A stretch of DNA of 32,000 bases from Mycobacterium tuberculosis H37Rv (GTDB lineage Bacteria > Actinomycetota > Actinomycetes > Mycobacteriales > Mycobacteriaceae): positions 4,260,001 through 4,292,000 of the forward strand of contig NC_000962.3 of NCBI RefSeq assembly GCF_000195955.2, written 5' to 3'. This document shows positions 14,798-22,448 of the stretch, in pieces. The notes beneath the pieces are model-generated. The model searched no databases. It was not told where the DNA came from and saw only the letters and a list, made by a program, of their open reading frames with translations. A program made the translations under genes and the position numbers. Position 1 is the first letter of the stretch. Each line of letters opens with the position of its first letter.

Positions 14798-16417
14798 ATG
14801 GCAGCGACCGTCGTCATCGTCGCGTGGATAGCGAATCGTCCACCCGCCAGCTCCCATGAACCATCGCCGACGCCCAACACCCAGCTCGCCGAGCAGCCAC
14901 TGATCGGGCTCGGCGGCGGCGTCACGGTACGCGAACTCACCCAGGACACACCGTTTTCATTGGTGGCGTTGACTGGCGACCTGGCCGGTACCTCCGCTCG
15001 TGTGCGCGCCAAGCGCCCGGACGGTGACTGGGGGCCGTGGTATCAGACCGAGTATGAAACCGAACCACGCGATCCGGCGGGCACCGACGGGTCCGTGGAA
15101 CTTGGAGGACTCAATCCGGGTCCCCGTAGCACCGATCCGGTGTTCGTGGGCACCACCACCACCGTGCAGGTCGCGGTGACTCGCCCGATCGACGCACCGA
15201 TAACTCAACCGCCGGCGGGGCGGCCGCCCAACGACTTGCTCGACAGCGGTTTGGGATACCGTCCAGCCACCAAGGAACAGCCATTCGGGCAGAACATCTC
15301 CGCGATCCTGATCTCGCCGCCGCAAGCGCCGCCCGGAACGCAGTGGACGCCACCAACCGCAGTCACCATGGCAGGCCAGCCGCCGGCCATCATCAGCCGG
15401 GCGGAATGGGGCGCAGACGAGTCACTGCGATGCGAAACACCGGAGTACGACAGGGGGGTTCGTGCCGCGGTGGTCCACCACACCGCGGGGAGCAACGACT
15501 ACTCTCCGCTGGAGTCCGCCGGCATAGTCAAAGCCATCTACACTTACCACAGCAAGACCCTGGGCTGGTGTGACATCGCGTACAACGCCCTCGTCGACAA
15601 GTACGGCCAGGTGTTCGAGGGTAGCGCCGGCGGCCTCACCAAGCCGGTCGAAGGGTTCCACACCGGCGGATTCAACCGCAACACCTGGGGGGTTGCCATG
15701 ATCGGCAACTTCGACGATGTGGCCCCCACGCCGATCCAGATCCGAACCGTCGGCCGGCTGCTCGGCTGGCGGCTGGGCATGGACGACGTCGATCCCAGGA
15801 GCATGGTGGATCTGCAGTCAGCGGGTAGCTCGTACACCACGTTTCCGGGTGGCGCCATAGCGCGATTGCCCGCCATCTTCACCCATCGCGACGTCGGCAA
15901 CACCGACTGTCCGGGCAACGCCGCCTACGCTGTGATGGACGAGATCCGGGACATCGCAGCACATTTCAACGACCCGCCGGAGGAGCTGATCAAGGCGCTG
16001 GAAGGCGGCGCGATCTATCAGCGCTGGCAGGCGTTGGGCGGCATGAACAGCGCGCTGGGTGCACCGACCTCGCCGGAGGCCGACGCCGCGGATGGGGCGC
16101 GGTATGCAACCTTCGCTAAGGGCGCCATGTATTGGTCGCCGGTGACCGACGCTCAGCCGATCACGGGGGCAATCTATGAGGCCTGGGCTTCGCAGAGCTA
16201 CGAACGCGGCCCGCTGGGACTGCCGACCAGCGCGGAGATCCAGGAGCCGCTGCAGATCACGCAGAACTTTCAACACGGAACCTTGAACTTCGAGCGCCTC
16301 ACCGGCAATGTCACCGAAGTCGTCGACGGGATCACGACGCCACTGGCGACGCGGCCCCCGAGCGGCCCGACGGTGCCGCCCGAACACTTCACGCTGCCAA
16401 CGCATCCGATCACCTGA
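14798..16417 (+). CDS. Secreted peptidoglycan-recognition-type N-acetylmuramoyl-L-alanine amidase with LGFP repeats (Rv3811)
   Basis: 539 aa from MAATVVIVAWIANRPP (alternative GTG 14 codons upstream at 14756). Amidase_2/PGRP segment IISRAEWGADESLRC...AAVVHHTAGSNDYSP...YNALVDKYGQVFEGSAGG...THRDVGNTDCPGNAAY. C-terminal LGFP-like MNSALGAPTSPEADAADG / RGPLGLPTSAEIQEP. Confidence 0.9.
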   Translation: MAATVVIVAWIANRPPASSHEPSPTPNTQLAEQPLIGLGGGVTVRELTQDTPFSLVALTGDLAGTSARVRAKRPDGDWGPWYQTEYETEPRDPAGTDGSVELGGLNPGPRSTDPVFVGTTTTVQVAVTRPIDAPITQPPAGRPPNDLLDSGLGYRPATKEQPFGQNISAILISPPQAPPGTQWTPPTAVTMAGQPPAIISRAEWGADESLRCETPEYDRGVRAAVVHHTAGSNDYSPLESAGIVKAIYTYHSKTLGWCDIAYNALVDKYGQVFEGSAGGLTKPVEGFHTGGFNRNTWGVAMIGNFDDVAPTPIQIRTVGRLLGWRLGMDDVDPRSMVDLQSAGSSYTTFPGGAIARLPAIFTHRDVGNTDCPGNAAYAVMDEIRDIAAHFNDPPEELIKALEGGAIYQRWQALGGMNSALGAPTSPEADAADGARYATFAKGAMYWSPVTDAQPITGAIYEAWASQSYERGPLGLPTSAEIQEPLQITQNFQHGTLNFERLTGNVTEVVDGITTPLATRPPSGPTVPPEHFTLPTHPIT

Positions 16418-16424
16418 GTCGCGG

Positions 16425-16464
16425 GTGTGCACTATTCACATTATGTGTGTGCACTTTTCACATT
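16425..16464. promoter_or_regulatory. Two copies of GTGTGCACTWTTCACATT at 22-bp spacing, candidate operator
   Basis: Copy 1 16425-16442 gtgtgcactattcacatt; copy 2 16447-16464 gtgtgcacttttcacatt; 17/18 identical, in the gap upstream of PE_PGRS62. Confidence 0.4.
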
Positions 16465-16570
16465 CTGGCTTTTGCGGCGCGGAATCGCCGGCGCATAGAC
16501 ACCCTGTGCCATTAGGCTCCATTTGCCGGGCTGATCACCGGGTCGCCGCAGGCCAGTCGAGAGGAACAAC

Positions 16571-18085
16571 GTGTCGTTCGTGGTCACAGTGCCGGAGGCC
16601 GTGGCGGCTGCGGCGGGGGATTTGGCGGCCATCGGCTCGACGCTTCGGGAAGCGACCGCTGCGGCGGCGGGCCCCACGACCGGGCTGGCGGCCGCGGCCG
16701 CCGACGACGTGTCGATCGCTGTCTCGCAGCTGTTCGGCAGGTACGGCCAGGAATTTCAAACCGTGAGCAACCAACTGGCCGCGTTTCATACCGAGTTCGT
16801 ACGCACGTTGAACCGCGGCGCGGCGGCGTATCTCAACACCGAAAGCGCTAACGGCGGGCAGCTGTTCGGTCAGATCGAGGCGGGACAGCGCGCCGTTTCC
16901 GCGGCCGCGGCCGCCGCTCCGGGCGGCGCATACGGCCAACTCGTTGCCAACACGGCCACCAACCTGGAATCCCTCTACGGCGCATGGTCGGCCAACCCGT
17001 TCCCATTCCTCCGCCAGATCATCGCCAACCAGCAGGTTTACTGGCAGCAGATCGCCGCGGCGCTCGCCAACGCCGTCCAGAACTTCCCCGCCCTGGTGGC
17101 GAATTTGCCAGCGGCCATCGACGCGGCCGTCCAGCAATTCCTGGCCTTCAACGCGGCGTACTACATCCAACAGATTATTAGCTCGCAGATCGGCTTCGCC
17201 CAGCTATTCGCCACGACGGTCGGTCAGGGGGTCACCAGCGTCATTGCCGGGTGGCCCAACCTTGCGGCGGAGCTTCAGCTAGCGTTTCAACAGCTTCTGG
17301 TGGGTGACTACAACGCCGCGGTGGCGAACCTGGGTAAGGCCATGACAAACCTTCTGGTCACCGGGTTCGACACCAGCGACGTGACGATCGGCACAATGGG
17401 CACCACCATTAGTGTCACCGCGAAACCCAAGCTGCTGGGCCCGCTGGGAGATCTGTTCACCATCATGACCATCCCGGCACAAGAGGCGCAGTACTTCACC
17501 AACCTGATGCCCCCCTCCATCCTGCGAGACATGTCGCAGAACTTCACCAACGTGCTCACGACGCTCTCCAACCCGAACATCCAGGCGGTCGCTTCGTTCG
17601 ATATCGCAACCACCGCCGGGACTTTGAGCACCTTCTTCGGGGTGCCATTGGTGCTCACTTACGCCACATTGGGTGCGCCGTTCGCGTCACTGAACGCGAT
17701 TGCGACGAGCGCGGAAACCATCGAGCAGGCCCTGTTGGCCGGCAACTACCTAGGGGCGGTGGGTGCGCTTATCGACGCCCCGGCCCACGCGTTAGACGGC
17801 TTCCTCAACAGCGCAACCGTGTTGGATACGCCGATCCTGGTGCCCACGGGGCTCCCGTCCCCTCTGCCCCCGACGGTCGGGATCACGCTGCACTTGCCTT
17901 TCGACGGGATTCTCGTGCCGCCGCATCCCGTCACCGCGACGATCAGCTTCCCGGGTGCTCCGGTTCCTATTCCCGGTTTCCCAACCACCGTAACCGTTTT
18001 CGGCACACCCTTCATGGGAATGGCTCCGCTGCTGATCAACTACATTCCCCAACAGCTCGCCCTGGCAATCAAACCGGCGGCTTAG
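16571..18085 (+). CDS. PE_PGRS62: PE-family protein PE_PGRS62 (PE domain plus unique C-terminal region, no PGRS block)
   Basis: 504 aa from GTG; PE domain MSFVVTVPEAVAAAAGDLAAIGSTLREATAAAAGPTTGLAAAAADDVSIAVSQLFGRYGQEFQ; C-terminus FPGAPVPIPGFPTTVTVFGTPFMGMAPLLINYIP. Confidence 0.92.
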   Translation: MSFVVTVPEAVAAAAGDLAAIGSTLREATAAAAGPTTGLAAAAADDVSIAVSQLFGRYGQEFQTVSNQLAAFHTEFVRTLNRGAAAYLNTESANGGQLFGQIEAGQRAVSAAAAAAPGGAYGQLVANTATNLESLYGAWSANPFPFLRQIIANQQVYWQQIAAALANAVQNFPALVANLPAAIDAAVQQFLAFNAAYYIQQIISSQIGFAQLFATTVGQGVTSVIAGWPNLAAELQLAFQQLLVGDYNAAVANLGKAMTNLLVTGFDTSDVTIGTMGTTISVTAKPKLLGPLGDLFTIMTIPAQEAQYFTNLMPPSILRDMSQNFTNVLTTLSNPNIQAVASFDIATTAGTLSTFFGVPLVLTYATLGAPFASLNAIATSAETIEQALLAGNYLGAVGALIDAPAHALDGFLNSATVLDTPILVPTGLPSPLPPTVGITLHLPFDGILVPPHPVTATISFPGAPVPIPGFPTTVTVFGTPFMGMAPLLINYIPQQLALAIKPAA

Positions 18086-18367
18086 CGCGGCGTGGCCCGT
18101 TGGTTGGTGTCGTAGGTTGCCATGCCAAGCTCCAACCATGCGGTTAGCAGCCGCTGATCTGCCGCCGCGGCCACAACCTCGTCGTCATCGAGTTGCTCGG
18201 CCGATGCGCAGTGCACCGCGTCGTAGCCACGCATGGGCCAGGTCAGCCGCGCGGGTCACGACCTGCTCATCCACCTCGATGGCGTCCATCTCGGACCACA
18301 TCTGGTCACGGTTCGCCCGTCGCGAATCTGCGCGAGGGGCCGGCTCAGTCACGCACTCCCGAGCCAC
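18082..18367 (-). pseudogene. Frameshifted, N-terminally truncated VapC/PIN-domain toxin-like remnant
   Basis: Minus frame A (codons down to stop at 18185) reads ...DQMWSEMDAIEVDEQVVTRAADLA. Frame B (stop TAA at 18082-18084) reads PMRGYDAVHCASAEQLDDDEVVAAAADQRLLTAWLELGMATYDTNQRATPR. Joined, this resembles a VapC C-terminal half (RGYDAVH, then D-rL..A...lGm). The frame switch is near 18229-18236. Confidence 0.65.
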
Positions 18368-18393
18368 AAAGGCGCCGGGTCACGTGGGCCATG

Positions 18394-19215
18394 CTAGGAC
18401 CACCAGCGCTCCAGCACCCGCGCGACGCCGTCCTCGCTATTGGGTGCAGTGACCTCGTCGGCGACGGCCAGCGCGTCGGGATGCGCGTTACCCATCGCCA
18501 CACCCAAACCGGCCCGCAGCAGCATCGGCACGTCGTTGGGCATGTCGCCGAACGCCACCACCTCCGCGTCGGAAATTCCAAGCGGCCGGGCAATCTCGTC
18601 GACACCGGTGGCCTTGCTGATACCGAGCGGCACGATCTCCACCAGCCCGTTATTGGTCGAGTAGGTGATATCGCCCTCGAAACCGACATGCTTAGCCAGT
18701 TCGGCGGCCATGTCGGCACTGGCAGCACCGGCTTTACGGATCAGCAGTTTGATCGCCGGCGCGCTGAGCAGGTGGTCGATCGACACTTCGGTGTTGTCCG
18801 GATTCAGCCACGCATGCTCGTAGCCCGGCGAGCTGACGAACTGGGGGGTCGCCGTGTCGTGTGCGCGCTCGCCGATCCGCTCGACCGCCAGTCCCGCACC
18901 CGGTATGACGCGGGTCGCAACTTCGGCCAACGTTGCCAGGGCGTCGACGGGCAGGGTGCGCACCGACATCACCCGATCGGTCCCGGGGTCGTAGATGACG
19001 GCGCCGTTGGCGCACACCGCCATCGGCGCGAAGCCGAGGGCATCGACGATGGGTCGCACCCAGCGCGGCGGCCGGCCGGTGGCCAGGATGAAGTGCGTGC
19101 CGGCGTCTACCGCGGCATGCACCGCGTCGCGAGTGCGTTTGGTGACGGTTTCTCCGTCATCGAGCAGGGTTCCGTCGACGTCACACGCGACGAGCGCCGG
19201 CACAGTCGGTTTCAA
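18394..19215 (-). CDS. HAD-superfamily (Cof-like) hydrolase
   Basis: 273 aa; ACDVDGTLLDDG, ILATGRPPRW, AFGDMPNDVPML. Confidence 0.92.
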   Translation of the reverse strand: MKPTVPALVACDVDGTLLDDGETVTKRTRDAVHAAVDAGTHFILATGRPPRWVRPIVDALGFAPMAVCANGAVIYDPGTDRVMSVRTLPVDALATLAEVATRVIPGAGLAVERIGERAHDTATPQFVSSPGYEHAWLNPDNTEVSIDHLLSAPAIKLLIRKAGAASADMAAELAKHVGFEGDITYSTNNGLVEIVPLGISKATGVDEIARPLGISDAEVVAFGDMPNDVPMLLRAGLGVAMGNAHPDALAVADEVTAPNSEDGVARVLERWWS

Positions 19216-19229
19216 AGTTGGCTGGCTTG

Positions 19230-20015
19230 TCAGTGCGGGCCGACTTGGCTGCGCCGTGATGAGGTCACGCCGTCGTATCCGCGCTTTTGCCGCCGCTTCG
19301 CCAATTCAGCGATTCTGAGCTGCCTGGACTCCTCCACCGTCGGCGCGCCGCCGCCCAGCCGCCGCGGCACCCAGTGCTCCCCCTTGGGATGTGGATACTC
19401 CTCCTGTACGCGGTAGAGAATCGCATTCATCGCTTGGCGCAGCACGGCATTGAGCTGCTCGGCATTGCCCTCCGGCCGCACCGGCGATCCGATCGCCGCG
19501 ACGATCGGAATCTTGTTGCGGAACAGGTTCTTTGGATGATCCTTGGGCCAGATCCGGTGCGCGCCCCAGACGATCATGGGAATAATCGGCACCTGCGCCT
19601 CCAGCGCCATCCGGGCCGCTCCGGTCTTGAACTCGCGCAGTTCGAGGCTGCGGCTGATAGTCGCCTCCGGGTGTAACCCAACGAGTTCCCCGGCCCGCAA
19701 CCGCTGCACTGCCACCGCGTACGCATCGGCCCCCACACTGCGATCCACCGGGATGAGCTGGGCATGCTTGATCACGTAGTTGACCGCCCGTACGTCTTGC
19801 ATCTCGGCCTTGATCATGAACCGCAGCCGCCGCCGCCGATGGTGGGCGGCGATCGATGCCGGAACCCAGTCCACGTAGCTCGTGTGATTGAGTGCGATCA
19901 ACGCGCCGCCACGTTCGGGGATGTTCTCCAGGCCTTCGAATGTGATCTTGTTTCCGTTGGCCGCGACGATCGACGGAACAAGAATCTCCATCATCCGGAA
20001 GAACGGCTCAGCCAT
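19230..20015 (-). CDS. PlsC-like 1-acylglycerol-3-phosphate acyltransferase family protein (Rv3814c)
   Basis: 261 aa; NHTSYVDW (HX4D), GLHPEATISRSLELREFKTGAARMA. Confidence 0.9.
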   Translation of the reverse strand: MAEPFFRMMEILVPSIVAANGNKITFEGLENIPERGGALIALNHTSYVDWVPASIAAHHRRRRLRFMIKAEMQDVRAVNYVIKHAQLIPVDRSVGADAYAVAVQRLRAGELVGLHPEATISRSLELREFKTGAARMALEAQVPIIPMIVWGAHRIWPKDHPKNLFRNKIPIVAAIGSPVRPEGNAEQLNAVLRQAMNAILYRVQEEYPHPKGEHWVPRRLGGGAPTVEESRQLRIAELAKRRQKRGYDGVTSSRRSQVGPH

Positions 20016-20032
20016 GTATTCTCCTTCACCTC

Positions 20033-20788
20033 TTACCGCGATTCATGCGGTGTCCGGCTAGCGGCCCTTGCCGCCGCCTCGTCAGCCTCCATCCGTGCCG
20101 CCTCGGCCAGCGTTGGCGCGCCGCCGCCGAGTCGGCGGGGCACCCAGTACGCCCCAGCCGGATGCGGATACCGCTCCTGCGCTTGCCACAGCAGCGCGGT
20201 CATCGACTCACGCAGCGCCGCGTTGGTCTGTTCGATGCCTGCCGCGGCCCGCAGCGGCCGACCCACCTGTACCGTGACCGGCACCTTGGCGCGTCCTATC
20301 TGCCTGGGATGGTCCTTGGTCCAGATCCGCTGAGCACCCCAGACAACGACGGGCACAATCGGGACATCCGCTTCCGCGGCCATTCGGGCGGCCCCCGTCT
20401 TGAACCCTTTGAGCTCGAAGCTACGGCTGATGGTGGCCTCCGGGTAGACCCCGACCAGTTCCCCTTCGCGCAGCCGCTGCACCGCCACCGCATAGGCGCT
20501 ACCGCCGGCGCCCCGGTCCACCGGAATGGTCCGGGTGTGCCTGATCAGGAAGTTGACCAACCGCACCCGTTGCATCTCGGCCTTGATCATGAACCTCATC
20601 CGGCGACGCCGACGATGCATGGCCAACGCGGCCGGCAGCCAATCGACATAGCTGGTGTGATTGATAGCGACCACGGCGCCGCCTTGGTCGGGCACATTCT
20701 CCTCGCCGACGTAGGTGATCCGGGTTCCGGTGGCCAGCACCAGCAACTGGGCCAGGATCTCTAAGACGCGATAGGTCGGCTCCGCCAT
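20033..20788 (-). CDS. PlsC-like acyltransferase (Rv3815c)
   Basis: 251 aa; NHTSYVDW, GVYPEATISRSFELKGFKTGAARMA. Confidence 0.9.
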   Translation of the reverse strand: MAEPTYRVLEILAQLLVLATGTRITYVGEENVPDQGGAVVAINHTSYVDWLPAALAMHRRRRRMRFMIKAEMQRVRLVNFLIRHTRTIPVDRGAGGSAYAVAVQRLREGELVGVYPEATISRSFELKGFKTGAARMAAEADVPIVPVVVWGAQRIWTKDHPRQIGRAKVPVTVQVGRPLRAAAGIEQTNAALRESMTALLWQAQERYPHPAGAYWVPRRLGGGAPTLAEAARMEADEAAARAASRTPHESR

Positions 20789-20791
20789 CGG

Positions 20792-21571
20792 TCACTGCTC
20801 CGGCGCCCCGGCGGGATGGGCTCGCTGAGCGCGGCGCGCAGCCCTAACCGCCGCCTCCTGCGCGTCCAACCGGGCCGCCTCGGCAAGCGACGGGGCGCCG
20901 CCGCCCAGCCGGTGCGGCACCCAGAACTCGCCGGCCGGATGCGGTCCGTACAGTTCTTGGGCCCGCTCCAGCAAATGTTGCATCCGGGAGTGCAGCAGGC
21001 CGTTCAGTTCAGCGGTGGGCAGCGTCGGTTCGATCCGTTCACCGACGACAATCGTGACCGGCACCTTCGGGCGAAACAGCTTTTTGGGACGGTCCTTAGT
21101 CCAGATCCGCTGCGCACCCCAAACAATATGCGGAACGATCGGCACCCCGGCCTCGATCGCCATTCGGGCCGCCCCCGTCTTGAATTCCTTGATCTCGAAG
21201 CTGCGGCTGATGGTCGCCTCGGGGTACACGCCGACGAGTTCGCCGGCCTTCAGCATCCTGACGGCGGCGTCGTAGGACGCGGACCCGTCCTGCCGATCCA
21301 CCGGGATGTGGCGCAGGCTGCGCATAATGGGACCGGTGATCTTGTGATCGAACACCTCCTGCTTGGCCATGAACCGCACCTTGCGCCCGAGGCCCTGTTG
21401 GTAGGCGGGCAAACCCGCAAAGGTGAAGTCGAGGTAGCTGGTGTGGTTGATCGCGACGACGGCGCCGCCGCTGGTCGGTAGGTTATCCACACCCGTGACG
21501 GTGATCTTCAGACCCTGTATGCGCCAGGACAAGCGAGCAAGCCGAATGACGGTGCCGTATACCGGTTCCAC
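20792..21571 (-). CDS. PlsC-like acyltransferase (Rv3816c)
   Basis: 259 aa; NHTSYLDF, GVYPEATISRSFEIKEFKTGAARMA. Confidence 0.9.
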   Translation of the reverse strand: MEPVYGTVIRLARLSWRIQGLKITVTGVDNLPTSGGAVVAINHTSYLDFTFAGLPAYQQGLGRKVRFMAKQEVFDHKITGPIMRSLRHIPVDRQDGSASYDAAVRMLKAGELVGVYPEATISRSFEIKEFKTGAARMAIEAGVPIVPHIVWGAQRIWTKDRPKKLFRPKVPVTIVVGERIEPTLPTAELNGLLHSRMQHLLERAQELYGPHPAGEFWVPHRLGGGAPSLAEAARLDAQEAAVRAARRAQRAHPAGAPEQ

Positions 21572-21646
21572 AGCAGTTCAGCCTAGTGGTCCCGGCTGCA
21601 AGCCGCCCAAAGTGGCGAAAACCCAAATTGACGAAAGAGGTGAGCC

Positions 21647-22402
21647 GTGTCCTTCCCCTCATCGCCACCCGCGCTGCCCGCGATCGTTGCCCGGTTTGCC
21701 GTCGGCAGGCCGGTGCGCGCGGTGTGGGTCAACGAACTGGGCGGCGTCACCTTCCGGGTGGACTCCGGCATGGGCGCCGGCTGCGAGTTCATCAAGGTCG
21801 CCAGGAGGGGTACCGCCGACTTCGCTAATGAGGCGCGGCGGCTGCGCTGGGCCGCGCCGTACCTGGCGGTGCCGCGGGTACTGGGTGTCGGGGTCGACGG
21901 CGATTGGGCCTGGTTGCACACCGATGCGCTGCCCGGCTTGTCCGCGGTGCACCCGCGCTGGCGGGCGTCCCCGCAGGTCGCGGTCCCGGCGCTGGGTGCG
22001 GGGCTGCGCACCCTGCACGACAGCTTGCCGGTGCACTCATGTCCGTTCGACTGGTCGACGGCCAGCCGGCTGGCCAAGCTGGCCCCGGCGCGACGCGCGG
22101 AACTGGGTGACTCACCGCCGGTTGATCGGTTGGTCGTCTGTCACGGCGACGCGTGCTCACCCAACACCATCCTCGATGACACCGGCCGCTGTTGCGGACA
22201 CGTCGACTTCGGCAATCTCGGTGTGGCCGATCGGTGGGCCGACCTCGCGGTCGCGACGCTGTCGTTGCAATGGAACTTTCCCGACTACCCGGGCCAGGTC
22301 AGAGATGACGAGTTCTTCGCCGCCTACGGTGTGGCGCCGGACCCGGCTCGCATCGACTACTACCGCCGGCTGTGGCAGGCCGAAGACGACAGCTCACGCT
22401 AA
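21647..22402 (+). CDS. Aminoglycoside-phosphotransferase-like kinase (Rv3817)
   Basis: 251 aa; catalytic VVCHGDACSPNTILDDTGRCCGHVDFGNLGVADRWADLA (HGDxxxxN plus DFG-like). Confidence 0.87.
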   Translation: MSFPSSPPALPAIVARFAVGRPVRAVWVNELGGVTFRVDSGMGAGCEFIKVARRGTADFANEARRLRWAAPYLAVPRVLGVGVDGDWAWLHTDALPGLSAVHPRWRASPQVAVPALGAGLRTLHDSLPVHSCPFDWSTASRLAKLAPARRAELGDSPPVDRLVVCHGDACSPNTILDDTGRCCGHVDFGNLGVADRWADLAVATLSLQWNFPDYPGQVRDDEFFAAYGVAPDPARIDYYRRLWQAEDDSSR

Positions 22403-22448
22403 GCTCGAGGCTGCGCTTTGCGCTCGTAAGCTCTTCCGAAAGGTAGCT

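Noticed and set aside
18193-19416. 407-aa plus-strand ORF antisense to the HAD hydrolase
   Set aside because: No recognisable domain; the minus-strand HAD motifs are unambiguous.
20045-20764. 239-aa plus-strand ORF opposite Rv3815c, and the similar 221-aa ORF 20816-21481 opposite Rv3816c
   Set aside because: The two antisense ORFs resemble each other only because the sense acyltransferase genes are paralogous duplicates.
21441-22448. 336-codon N-terminal extension of the Rieske-fusion ORF
   Set aside because: It overlaps the APH-like kinase in another frame and has Arg/Trp/Cys-rich spurious composition. The native protein starts at GTG 22449 (VQVTSVGHAGFLIQT).
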